DNA of 62,919 nucleotides, the filler included, from Octopus bimaculoides (taxonomy: Eukaryota): NCBI RefSeq assembly GCF_001194135.2. It is 5 parts of 5 records of this genome, joined end to end, with 100 filler letters (N's around TTAATTAATTAA, not from the genome) between each part and the next. Parts side by side here need not be neighbours in the genome. Positions count along the whole stretch, not along the records: positions 35,561 to 53,400 come from NC_069000.1; positions 53,501 to 62,919 come from NC_068993.1; 3 more parts are not named here. One strand, given 5' to 3'. Made by a program: the position numbers and the translations under genes. Below the pieces are notes generated by a model. The model worked only from the letters and a program-made list of their open reading frames with translations. It was not told where the DNA came from and made no database searches. Of the stretch, positions 50,893-62,919 are shown piece by piece. Each line of letters begins with the position of its first letter. Positions within the stretch are counted from its first letter, which is position 1.

Positions 50893-51045
50893 TTTTTTCA
50901 AAACAGTACGCTTTAATGTGTAGGTAATTTTGCTACTACTTCTTGCAGAGGGAAGTGCTACGTACCGATTCTCACCGTAGTATAAGTGTATACAGTGTGT
51001 GTATATATATGTATGTGTGTGTGTGTGTGTGCGCGCGCGCGCGCG

Positions 51046-51077
<32 letters not shown>

Positions 51078-51158
51078 GATGTATGTATGTATGAATGACT
51101 GTATATATGTATGAATGTATATGTATATATGTATGAATATATATGTATATATATGCAT

Positions 51159-51195
<37 letters not shown>

Positions 51196-51476
51196 CACGC
51201 TGTAGTATACGATGCCACAGTTATGTGACCTTAATATTTTTAGTAGTACTGACAATAGTTGTAATAATTGTTGAAACGGTTGTGACTCTACTGTTTGTAA
51301 GTAGTACATAGTATTTGTAGTACTACACACAAACACACACACGCACACACAAACATATATACATACATACGCACATATGTAATGTATGTATATTTGTATG
51401 TACGTGTGTGTGGTTGTATGTATGTGTGTACGCATGTATGTATGTATGTATGTATGTATGTATGTATGTATGTATG

Positions 51477-51517
<41 letters not shown>

Positions 51518-52071
51518 CTCTATATACGTACACAGATGCTACGTTCTGTAGTGGTAGCATCAACAGTAGTAGTAGTAGTAGCAGCAGCAGCAGCAAGTGG
51601 TGATGCAGTGGTTTCGGTTGTAGTAGTTGTCAGTAGCTAAGCAAAGCGTTAGAGCTGTTACGATACGTAAGGTCAAACTCCGGATTTGTAAAGGACTTCT
51701 GCCAAATGTTTGACATACTGCAGCCGAACATATAGAAAAATTGCACGCTCACATACCAGGCGTCAGTCACTCAAATTCGGTTATGCTACGCCTGTGCACA
51801 CACAAAAATGCTCATGTATATGCGTAAGCACGCATGCATGCTCATATACACGTATGTGTGTGCGCGTGTGCGTGTATGCGTGTGTGCATGAATTTACACC
51901 CGCAGAAAACAATACAGATGCATGCGCATACACATACATGCATATAATTAAAGCTACACATATATCTACAATCAGCCAAAATAATTCACATCCACACATA
52001 CAAATTACACAAATGCATACTCACACATGCAGCTGCAATATAACACTGTCATTCTCTACCCCTCCCTGTCT

Positions 52072-52117
<46 letters not shown>

Positions 52118-52438
52118 GGTGTACGAAAACAATCACTTGCACAAATCTTTTATACGCGCACACACACACANNNNNNNNNNNNNNNNNNNNNNNNNNNNNN
52201 NNNNNNNNNNNNNNNNNNNNNNNNNNNNNNNNNNNNNNNNNNNNNNNNNNNNNNNNNNNNNNNNNNNNNNNNNNNNNNNNNNNNNNNNNNNNNNNNNNNN
52301 NNNNNNNNNNNNNNNNNNNNNNNNNNNNNNNNNNNNNNNNNNNNNNNNNNNNNNNNNNNNNNNNNNNNNNNNNNNNNNNNNNNNNNNNNNNNNNNNNNNN
52401 NNNNNNNNNNNNNNNNNNATATATATATATATATATAT

Positions 52439-52525
52439 GGGAGAATATACAAAAAATAACAACAGACGAGGACAGGTGGTGTAAATAACAAAAGTATATA
52501 TTAGTATGACGCTCGGGAATACGGA
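52439..52525 (-). mobile_element. Penelope-like terminal fragment between (TA)n tracts
   Basis: Near-identical to 20839-20930 and extends into gacgctcgggaatacggaa, which is shared with the HHR-bearing copies. Confidence 0.6.
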
Positions 52526-52542
52526 ATATATATATATATATA

Positions 52543-52659
52543 TGGACATATACACGCATTGATAAATTTATTGAGAATCACACACTTAAAATTGCATGGA
52601 CATATACACGCATTGATAAATTTATTGAGAATCACACACTTAAAATTGCATGGACATAT
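52543..52659. repeat. Perfect 54-bp tandem duplication
   Basis: tggacatatacacgcattgataaatttattgagaatcacacacttaaaattgca x2. Confidence 0.95.
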
Positions 52660-53500
52660 TTCCATACAGGAAACTGCATGCACACACATATTTACGAAGT
52701 AGCGCAAACAAAACCACAAACTGTAGCATATACATATACATATATGCTTGCATACATACATGCATACACACATACACCCACATATCAATACACATACAAA
52801 AATGAAAGCATATAAACACATACAAAAAAAAAGCACGTACGTTACATATTTGTGTATATGTATAAATGTTCTCACCCCATAACTTTCCTTTCTCGCAGCT
52901 AAGCCTCGATTTATATATTAAATGTAAACATACTTAAAACGAAAGCAAGCAGGGGAAAACATAATTACGCTTACATTAATGGATATATATAAACATTTTA
53001 TAGCGCCTTCGCATCTGTGGGTGTGTGCGTGTATCCACTCAGTAAGAAGACACGTAAGAACCACACACACACTAACACTGACACACGCAAGAAAAGAGAG
53101 AGAGAGAGAAACACACGTACACATGTTGCATTTAATAATAATCTTGTCAAAATATATATTTCTAACTCTAAGAACACTTATATTGAGTGCTCCTTAGATT
53201 TGTCATTCAATAGCTTGGGAGATATAGATACATTTATGCACATTGATACACGTGTTTCTTGATAAAATTAGATAACTGGTTCAGAAAGTATAAACCTACG
53301 TGAATATTTGTGTAGACATTCGAGTGTCTACATATGTGTGTGTGTGTGTGTGTACATGCATACACACACACACATAGACAGATTATATATATACATATAT
53401 NNNNNNNNNNNNNNNNNNNNNNNNNNNNNNNNNNNNNNNNNNNNTTAATTAATTAANNNNNNNNNNNNNNNNNNNNNNNNNNNNNNNNNNNNNNNNNNNN

Positions 53501-53932
<432 letters not shown>

Positions 53933-54149
53933 GTTCGTCGTCTACTTCGTCTGCGTTATTCGTTTCAAGCTGTTACAAAAGTGCAGAAGCACTCATTATC
54001 AACAATTCAAGCAGTTCAGACTTTCGAACCAGATCTCATTAGACTTTTATTAATTTTCATTATTTTCACTATCTTTCCGTCTGTTTAAAAAAAGAAAGAA
54101 AAAAAAAGCCTTGTACGACTGTTCACGTAGTCTCCATCTCTCTACCTAT

Positions 54150-54324
54150 ACACCTCTTTCTTTCTTTCCTTCTTTCCTTCTTTCTTTCCTTCTTTCCTTC
54201 TTTCTTTTTTTTCTTTCTTTCTTTCTTTTGTTTGTTTGTTTGTTTCTTTCTTTCTATCTATCTATCCATCCATCCATCCATTTATCTATCTATCTTTCTT
54301 TCTTTCCGTCTTTCCGTCTTTCCG

Positions 54325-54382
<58 letters not shown>

Positions 54383-54455
54383 CTTCCTTCCTTCTTTCTA
54401 TCCTTCTTTCTATCCTTCTTTCTATCCTTCTTTCTATCCTTCTTTCTTTCTTTTT

Positions 54456-54494
<39 letters not shown>

Positions 54495-54495
54495 C
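54150..54495. repeat. (TTTC)/(TCTA)/(TTCC) compound pyrimidine-rich array
   Basis: Direct reading. Confidence 0.95.
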
Positions 54496-55109
54496 CTCAC
54501 TTCTTGATTAATTCACAATAAGAAGAAGATACTTCGCTCTGATATTTGATCCTTTTTTGCATTGTCCCTCACCACTTAGAATTCTATATTCATTATTAAT
54601 ATTCATTATTTTCTCTTCTGTCTAACTTCTTGGTTTAAAAAAAAAAAATCCTATCTTATCTCCGCCACCATTTTCCACAATGCCTATTGCGTTACACTCC
54701 CCCATTTGCAACTAGCACCGTGGCATCAGATTTACTACAAGGTTGCCTCTACAAGACTATTATATCCATCCACAAACCTCCACAGAGCATTGTTCATCTT
54801 TGCCCATGACTCCAAACATATATTAAATTAGGTGAAGGACACACGTGATCATAGCAACTTCAGATAGATATGGATGTAGATTTCTACGCAAACATGCTCT
54901 ATAAACGTATCAACTTTGTAGATTACTTTTTTTACCAGTCAGCATCTGGTTCTATTATAAACCTTTAGGGATTTTTGCTCCTAACATAAAAAGCTGAAAT
55001 GTAGAAGGTAGATGTTCTCCAAATACAAGAATAAAAAGACGATATGAATTTGCAAATACGGCCGTAAATCGTTCTAATCTTTATATTGCATACAAATTAC
55101 AGTAATTGT

Positions 55110-55492
55110 TGTTGGCACTCCGTCGCTTACGACGTCGAGTGTTCCAGTTGATCCGACCAACCGAACAGCCTGCTCCTGAAATTAACGTGCAAGTGGCTGA
55201 GCACTCCACAGACACGTGTACCCTTAACGTAGTTCTCAGGGGATATTCAGCGTGAAACAGTGTGACAAGGCTGATCCTTTGAATTACAGGCACAGCAGAA
55301 ACAGGAAGTAAGAGTGAGAGAATGTTGTGGTTAAAGAGTACAGCAAGGTTCGCCACCATCCCCTGCCGGAGCCTCGTGGAGCTTTAGGTGTTTTCGCTCA
55401 ATAAACACTCACAACGCCCAGTCTGGGAATCGAAACTGCGATCCTATGACCGCGAGTCCGCTGCCCTAACCACTGGGCCATTGCGCCTCCAC
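55110..55492 (-). mobile_element. SINE family A, full length, 11-bp TSD
   Basis: TSD acagtaattgt at 55099-55109 and 55493-55503; tRNA-Arg-like head ggaggcgcaatggcccagtggttagggcagcggactcgcggtcataggatcgcagtttcgattccc. Confidence 0.93.
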
Positions 55493-55509
55493 ACAGTAAT
55501 TGTATATAG

Positions 55510-56140
55510 AGAAATAAAGGCGGTTTCTGTACGTTCGTATTTATACACATAAGAGGTGGATATGTTTGACCGTTACGTCACTTGGAATCGCAGCAGGAAG
55601 AAAGTACGTCGAATCGCTTTGGTTGCGCCGTCCAAAAGCTATAGATTTAATTCTCCTATAATGCAACACCACGACGTGCTCCATCTAGTGGCCAATGGAT
55701 GAGACAACTGTTTTCAAAGGAGGTAACTGTCTACAAACCTAACCCAAACTTCGTTCCATCCATGTCTACTGGAACTCTGTTGGGAAATGAACTTCCCGTC
55801 ACAGACCAGACCTTGATGAGAGGCGGAGTACTGATCAGTTGAAGTTCTTTAAAAACAGAAACAACAGTTCTATTGTTAGGTGGCTTACTTCCACATCGCG
55901 ATATAGAAACGTACAATTTGTGCACTCAGGATTTTTTCACAGAAACCCGGACAGGATTGGCAGATAGACTAGACGTGAACGAGGAGTGTATTATTGAGTT
56001 GTAGCAGGTCAATGGGCGCAACTAAAGCAGAAGGCAGCATACAATCATACCGAGCTTGAACCTATGACGCAGTGTAAACGTATGATATGATTTAAATTGC
56101 GAATTGAAAGCAGCTCTTGTAATGTACCCATTATTTCGTG
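55510..56140. promoter_or_regulatory. CpG-retaining unique segment with CRE-like, CTCF-like and CCAAT motifs
   Basis: ttacgtca 55573-55580; ccatctagtggcca 55681-55694; gattggc 55955-55961. Confidence 0.3.
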
Positions 56141-56145
56141 TATAA

Positions 56146-56470
56146 AATGGCGGCGAGCTGGCAGAAACGTTAGCACGCCGGGCTAAATGCTTAGCGGTAA
56201 TTCGTCTGTCTTAACGTTCTGAGTTCAAATTCTACCGAGGTTGACTTTGCCTTTCATCCTTGCGGAGTCAATAAATTAAGTACCGGTTGCATAGTGGGGT
56301 CGATCTAATCGACTGGCCCCNNNNNNNNNNNNNNNNNNNNNNNNNNNNNNNNNNNNNNNNNNNNNNNNNNNNNNNNNNNNNNNNNNNNNNNNNNNNNNNN
56401 NNNNNNNNNNNNNNNNNNNNNNNNNNNNNNNNCCCCCAAAAAAAATTTCGGGCCTTGTGCCTAGAGTAAA
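56146..56470 (+). mobile_element. SINE family E, full length with gap
   Basis: Consensus match. Confidence 0.9.
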
Positions 56471-57174
56471 CAAGATTATTTCAAGTATAAACAAAACACA
56501 TAAATATGTTTGTGTAACGGATAATACTTATTTTGACAGAAGTGGTTTAATGAACGGCCTATCTCTATAGAATTCATTCTCGAACTTACGTTTAATACAC
56601 ATATTGTTGTTGTTTTTGCCATTGTTTAACCTCAGCTCAGCTGTCATCAAACAGCTCTTTGATAAGATCTACTAGTAGTGATCATTCCGTTTTTTGTTCG
56701 GATATAGAGTACGTAGAGCCTCTATCCAAAGTGTATTTCCTTGTTTGTTGTTTATCCCCAAGTTAGTTCTATCATGGAGACCTTATAATCAAAGACGTCT
56801 ATATTTCAGAACGTGTATTTATTGGATTCTGTTATTTATTGAGTTATTTCATTTTCGAGAAGGCATAGTGTGATTTGAGTGAAAATTAACTGCATTTTTT
56901 TCATAACAGGTCAAGTGACCTCATAAAGGCTGCCTTATTGTAGATGAGGCTGGCGTAGACAGTTGGAATAGTCAGGAATAAAAATGTTCTTGTATAATTA
57001 TCAACAACAAACCAAGGGCTGTTTCTATATATAATACGACTTCAGTCTGTCCTAATCTTTGTTTCGATAAGATTTCAGCCTGATTTAGTCTGTGTATTAA
57101 TAGATTTGAGAATAAATCATGATCAGATTAGATCATGATACCACCAGAACAGAATTATTATTATTATTATTATT

Positions 57175-57712
57175 GAATGATAGAGCAGTGCATGCCATCA
57201 AAGTGACACTGGGGTAAAATATGCGAAACCCAGTATACCCATCATGACTACCCGTCTGATAAGAGTACACCAGGCACATGCATCACAACCATGTGTGCGC
57301 GACATGGTGATCTCATATCAAGATAAATAGTGCATGACCTTGCAGGTGGGGTCCAGTTAGAATTTTCTTCAGGTCGAGTAGCCCATCCCGCTCAAAAGAT
57401 CCCTGAATAAGGTTTGTTTAAGGATGTTGAGCAAAACACCCATGTTTCCAATGGCGAATTATCCAAACCTCAAAAGAATTCCTCTCAACACATGGCTATG
57501 ATGCTCCCCCACTACTTCTGCTCGTGATCAGAGATGCACATATCGTCAGCCACCAAGGGACATGCTCAACTGGTTAAGGTCCAACAACTGACAAGCAAAT
57601 CTGTGGTATTAAGCAGAATATTTATTGAAGCCCATCTTTTATACCAAGACAAAACAACGTGCATGATAGCACTTCCAATCAATTAAGATCAGAAGCCATG
57701 AGAGCATCCGGG
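57175..57712. mobile_element. Unclassified ~540-bp non-coding element bounded by (TTA)n tracts
   Basis: Sharp boundaries against ATT repeats on both sides. It resembles a repeat I recall from octopus DNA, but only one copy is present here. Confidence 0.5.
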
Positions 57713-57752
57713 CTATTATTATTATTATTACTATTATTATTATTATTATTAT

Positions 57753-57809
<57 letters not shown>

Positions 57810-57811
<2 letters not shown>

Positions 57812-58012
57812 AGGCGGCGAGCTGCCAGAATCATTAGCACGCTGGATGAAATGCTTAGCGGTATTTCGCCCGTCGCTCCGTTCTGAGTTCAAATTCCGCC
57901 GAGGTCGACTTTGTCTTTCGTGTCAATAAATTAAGTACCAGTTGTGCACTGGGGTCAATGTAATCAACCAGTCCTCTCCCATAAAATTTAGTCCTTGTGC
58001 CTTTAGTAGAAA
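57810..58012 (+). mobile_element. SINE family E
   Basis: Consensus match with a small internal deletion. Confidence 0.88.
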
Positions 58013-58978
58013 AAGGATAATAACAAAATATAGAATCTTTTGTGTTTTTGCAGCACTCACCGAGTACATGTAGTGTATACGCCCTTGGTTAAGAGAGTTC
58101 TTAGGGAGATAAAGGTACGAGATCATGGCATCCTAGGCAACATCTAACTAGGGATAAGAGGAGTTTCTTGTCAAGGGGTCATATAAATTTGTGTTCGTTC
58201 TGGAAGAGAGTGGGGAACATTGTGTAACGATTGATAACGTTTTAGGATCGGAAAGTTTAAACAAAATGGCGGAAGTTGAGGGAAATAGTTCGTTTGATAG
58301 AAGGGCAGCCGGGGGGAAAATGAAGAATAATAGGGGATTCGGTCCTTAGGTGTGAGAGTGTGTCTGGTAAGAATCTATCAGGAGTACAAGGGTTCTAATG
58401 ATAGGTCAGGCATGGTACAGTTCAAGATCAAGGACTAATGCGTTGATAATGCGTTCGATTAGAGTAAACAAATTGCCGTAGTTGTTTAATCCATTTAAAT
58501 CTCAATCGAGAAGTCATACGATTGATCAACAGCAATCCAGCTACGACCATCTCTTTTTGTTATTTATCAAAAATTACACTGCCCGATGTGCCCCGCCCCC
58601 GACAATAGGTGTGTGATTTGAGTGAGTTTTGCCTGCTATTTCTAGCAATTCTTGAGACAGCCTACCAGCTGTGTTTACATACTTATGTCACTAATATTGT
58701 TATGTGCATACACATATCAGTATAACCGTCTATGTATTTATGTGTGCGTGTGTGTGTGCGTAGTAGACTATGTGTATCTATGTGTCATTATTAGTACGGT
58801 GTTCATATACTTATGTCAGTAGTACTGTATGAATGTTTGTGTTACTTTCGGTACTCATGCACCTAGCTACATATATCAGATCTGGTTCTCATTAGGTTTT
58901 CACTTACACAATCATACAAATACTAAATCACTTACTCATTCTTACACAACACTCGATAACTCTTTCTCTCTTTCTCTT

Positions 58979-59024
<46 letters not shown>

Positions 59025-59832
59025 ACACTCATTAACATTTCCTCTTAGTCACACACACTTGCACATACAATCTTCACCCCGCTCTCACTTTCTCTCTCAG
59101 TTCTACCCCGGATGTACGAGAATCTTGTACTACAACATTGGCTGATGCGATTGGCGCCGCCCATTCACGCCTCCTGTGATANNNNNNNNNNNNNNNNNNN
59201 NNNNNNNNNNNNNNNNNNNNNNNNNNNNNNNNNNNNNNNNNNNNNNNNNNNNNNNNNNNNNNNNNNNNNNNNNNNNNNNNNNNNNNNNNNNNNNNNNNNN
59301 NNNNNNNNNNNNNNNNNNNNNNNNNNNNNNNNNNNNNNNNNNNNNNNNNNNNNNNNNNNNNNNNNNNNNNNNNNNNNNNNNNNNNNNNNNNNNNNNNNNN
59401 NNNNNNNNNNNNNNNNNNNNNNNNNNNNNNNNNNNNNNNNNNNNNNNNNNNNNNNNNNNNNNNNNNNNNNNNNNNNNNNNNNNNNNNNNNNNNNNNNNNN
59501 NNNNNNNNNNNNNNNNNNNNNNNNNNNNNNNNNNNNNNNNNNNNNNNNNNNNNNNNNNNNNNNNNNNNNNNNNNNNNNNNNNNNNNNNNNNNNNNNNNNN
59601 NNNNNNNNNNNNNNNNNNNNNNNNNNNNNNNNNNNNNNNNNNNNNNNNNNNNNNNNNNNNNNNNNNNNNNNNNNNNNNNNNNNNNNNNNNNNNNNNNNNN
59701 NNNNNNNNNNNNNNNNNNNNNNNNNNNNNNNNNNNNNNNNNNNNNNNNNNNNNNNNNNNNNNNNNNNNNNNNNNNNNNNNNNNNNNNNNNNNNNNNNNNN
59801 NNNNNNNNNNNNNNNNNNNNNNNNNNNNNNNN

Positions 59833-60400
59833 GTCAGATCACCATACAGTTGCAAGAAGAAGAAGAAAAGGAAGAAGAAGTAGAAGAAGAAGAAGAAGAA
59901 GAAGAAGAAGAAGAAGAAGAAGAAGAAGAAGAAGAAGAAGAGACGGTGCAACTGTTGCAGTGCACACAAAAGCATCCTAGACTGCATCCAGGGACTGGTC
60001 ACTCGACTGACTGGCACTCGATCCCTAGAAGACTTAGTCCAGCTCCCGACATACCCACAGCCGTGCTGTCTCCACTCTTTGTCTTTTCTATTATTGCTAT
60101 AAAGCTGGCTTATCTTGTAGCACTATAACTTAGACATCCCGGTCCAATACCGCTTCACCTCTCACCGTCTTTGTTGCGTTCACTCTACCAACTTAACACT
60201 AACGACTATGTCGAAGTTCTTCCACCATAGATCATTGGTTCTCTAGAATCTTCTTCCTCTTCATAGTTTAAACGAAGCATTAACCCATTACCTACCAGTG
60301 GTCTCATATGAAATCGTTTAGAAATTACAAATTTCGTAATTATCTGTCAATATTTACACATATCTAACCTTTTTGCTATATCTACTAGGTATATTTCTCT
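59833..60400 (+). mobile_element. CR1-like LINE 3' relic interrupted by (GAA)n
   Basis: VRSP..[GAA tract]..DGA..LDCIQGLVTRL..HSRAVSTLCLFYYCY, typical of the CR1 ORF2 end. Confidence 0.7.
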
Positions 60401-60524
60401 GATATTCAAATGAGGTTTGCTAATTTTTCACCCAATATCTCGCTTATTTCTATTTAAAATGTTATTTTGAAATGTTATTTTGATCATTCCAGCGTGTTTC
60501 TAAGGCTGTTTTATATTCAGAGCC

Positions 60525-60620
60525 ACTGCGTGAAGCCTTGATCAAGTGTCATCTTCTATAGCTTCTGGCTGACTAAAACTTTATGAGTGGATGTGGTGGA
60601 AAGCAACTAAAAGAACACCG

Positions 60621-60625
<5 letters not shown>
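60525..60625 (+). mobile_element. SINE family D fragment
   Basis: ccactgcgtg..ccttgatcaagtgtc..tatagc..tgagtggat. Confidence 0.6.
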
Positions 60626-60656
<31 letters not shown>

Positions 60657-60660
<4 letters not shown>

Positions 60661-60865
60661 AATTTAAACATGAACAAGCAAGAAAAAACACGAAAAAACA
60701 ACACGAGGACGTGGAATAAGTATAGTGTTATTGGACGCTCAGGAAAGGAAAGAAAAGAAAGAGGATTTAACGTTTCGATCGGAGATCTTCGTCAGAAATA
60801 TAGGAAAAGTCCAAAGAAGGGAAGACAGAAAGAAAATCGCCAACGATGCACACAATCAAAATAAG
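60657..60865 (-). mobile_element. Penelope-like element terminal (pseudo-LTR) fragment
   Basis: Abuts (TA)n and carries the hammerhead motif. Confidence 0.7.
60765..60799 (-). ncRNA. Minimal type I hammerhead ribozyme motif
   Basis: AUUU-CUGACGA-A-GAUC(UCC)GAUC-GAAA-CGU-U-AAAU: intact core, 4-bp helix I, 4-bp helix II, loopless palindromic ACGU helix III. Confidence 0.75.
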
Positions 60866-62380
60866 CAACAGGATATCAAGAAGTAATGCAGTACGACTGT
60901 TTTAAGCGATCCGTTTAATTAAACAATGCAATCATTACATCAATTTAAATGCAGTTCCATCACCAGCTGCACAAATAAATAGAATTTTAACCACTTGGAC
61001 ACATTCATTTAATTTTTCTTAAATACTTTAGCAGAGCAAGAAGATGGAAGAAATTCATGTTGTCGCTATTGTAGCTAAGAATAGACTAGACTTCCAAGAA
61101 AGGCATGAAGCCCACTGGGAAAGGATTGTGATTCATTTCTAACTCATTTATCTCTTTATCAACTTCTGAATCTAAGACTAGAGAATTGTGTCTGTTTAGA
61201 ATAAAGGGCAGGAGTGAGTTGACAGCTCATGGCTAGGTATGATCATAGATATTGTCATATGTTTCCCTTTTCTTCAGGGAAGAATAAAGACATTAGGAGT
61301 AGTCAATTGGATACAGAGTAACTGTCTATAAAAAAGGGGCTGGGTAGGGAAAGACTCTAAATCACGATGTAAATTCATGGCATATAATTAATATATAGAT
61401 AGCATGTTTATCTTTCCAGTATTCCATAATTAAATACCCTGATCAGTATTTATAGAAACCACCTAATAAGTAAATAATTAAGTACATGAATGAATATTAA
61501 ACTGATTCTATGTAATCTTTCCTTTTTAATGTTTATAATTGATATATACACGCATTCTATCTATTTTAGTTATGATATCATTTTTGTAAATCATAAATTT
61601 TACTTTTGTACAACATAACAATAATATTTATAAACAATCGCTCATATTACCTCAAGATAAACTTTCCGCTGTATTAATATCCTAGGCTTTATTCGCGTCT
61701 TGCCCCTTTAACTGGTGTGCTTACTATATCAGGATTTTAACTCACATGGATCTATGCAGGATTGCACCTAAGGACTTATGCTCATGTTTCTGCAGCTTCG
61801 GAAAGTTGAACTATGAACTTTTATGCTTCTTTTTTCTTCTCTCTCTCTTCATCTCCTTATTCCTTTACTCCCTTCCTCTATGTCGTCATCTCATTAATAT
61901 ACACTATTCTAATTTTCCCTATTTGTCTCTGATGACGGAATATACCATACTCGGGGATATCCCAGAAACAGCTGTAAGACTTTGAATTTTTTCCAGTAAC
62001 AATATTGTACACGACTTTGAAATGTTTGCCTTGCCTTAATGTTTGTTGTCCTCTTTAGTAAGTANNNNNNNNNNNNNNNNNNNNNNNNNNNNNNNNNNNN
62101 NNNNNNNNNNNNNNNNNNNNNNNNNNNNNNNNNNNNNNNNNNNNNNNNNNNNNNNNNNNNNNNNNNNNNNNNNNNNNNNNNNNNNNNNNNNNNNNNNNNN
62201 NNNNNNNNNNNNNNNNNNNNNNNNNNNNNNNNNNNNNNNNNNNNNNNNNNNNNNNNNNNNNNNNNNNNNNNNNNNNNNNNNNNNNNNNNNNNNNNNNNNN
62301 NNNNNNNNNNNNNNNNNNNNNNNNNNNNNNNNNNNNNNNNNNNNNNNNNNNNNNNNNNNNNNNNNNNNNNNNNNNNNNNN

Positions 62381-62419
<39 letters not shown>

Positions 62420-62606
62420 CTGTTTTTGTACTTGTCCCTCACTACCGCTTGACAAATGATGTCGGTGTGTTTACGTCCCCGTAACTTAGCGGTTCGGCAA
62501 AAAAGACCGATAGTATAATTACTGAGGTCGATTCGTACGGCTAAAAATTCTTCAAGGTGATGCCCCGGCATGGCCGCAATCTAATGACTGAAAGAAGATA
62601 AAGGAT
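62381..62606 (+). mobile_element. SINE family D 3' half after a gap
   Basis: Consensus match. Confidence 0.85.
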
Positions 62607-62700
62607 TACTAGGAATTGTATTACAAAAATTGCTAAAATTCTTTGTGTATTGCTGAATTATAACCAATTTATTGCTAATAAATTTTAACAACAAAATCTT

Positions 62701-62919
62701 ATGTGGACTCCTAAGGATCGTGTGAAACCCGGTTGAGAGTCACTACAGGTATATAAGTTTAACGCTCAGGAAGAATGGAAAAGTCTTTGACGTTTCGAGC
62801 CTACGCTCTTCAACCGAAAGGAATGAAAGGGGGGAAAACAGAGAGAACAAAAAGGAAAAAAAAATATGGAGCGAGAAAAAAATGTGTAGGGATTAACGGT
62901 TCAACATGATGTATATATA
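62701..62919 (-). mobile_element. Penelope-like terminal fragment with a partly decayed hammerhead (62785-62820)
   Basis: cttt-cggttga-a-gagc(gtag)gctc-gaaa-cgtc-aaag. Confidence 0.65.

Noticed and set aside
14187-53500. TTAATTAATTAA inside N runs (14231, 20775, 35505, 53445)
   Set aside because: The identical N44-12-N44 100-bp pads carry stops in all six frames. They are assembly join linkers, not biology.
54010-54045. Hammerhead-like motif ctaatga..gaaagtc on the minus strand
   Set aside because: Core G5 is mutated, a helix III base is missing and the helices pair poorly.
55415-55492. tRNA gene (also at 9519, 18592, 42263 and others)
   Set aside because: A/B boxes are present, but the acceptor stem is not closed and the heads run into SINE bodies, with TSDs in family A.
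55655-55845. Plus-strand frame ..SGQWMRQLFSKEVTVYKPNPNF.. reminiscent of a T-box motif
   Set aside because: The similarity is limited to about 5 residues, with no convincing splice sites or further T-box motifs.
58085-58470. Possible LINE 3' relic on the minus strand
   Set aside because: Only vague peptide resemblance, too degraded to support.

Overview
AT-rich, gappy eukaryotic draft-genome window. It is most likely an octopus or other cephalopod (inferred from the SINE families and the extreme microsatellite density). I found no confidently supported host protein-coding exon, true tRNA, rRNA or CRISPR array. Almost every ORF in the track is a microsatellite, gap or TE artefact. Content: (i) at least five tRNA-derived SINE families in many copies; (ii) seven relics of restriction-like-endonuclease (RLE, R4/Dong-type) non-LTR retrotransposons, six of them adjoining (TACA)n or (TAA)n/(GAT)n microsatellites; (iii) CR1-like LINE relics; (iv) a full-length but dead Hsmar1-like mariner, a second mariner fragment, Tc1/mariner and hAT MITEs and a non-autonomous Helitron; (v) Penelope-like terminal fragments, one with an intact minimal hammerhead ribozyme core; (vi) a TIR element with an 8-bp TSD whose centre is a palindrome of telomeric repeats; (vii) several other fold-back structures. 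The four N44-TTAATTAATTAA-N44 pads are assembly joins, so adjacency across them is uncertain. Most coordinates were counted by eye; degenerate copies are approximate to about 10-20 bp.
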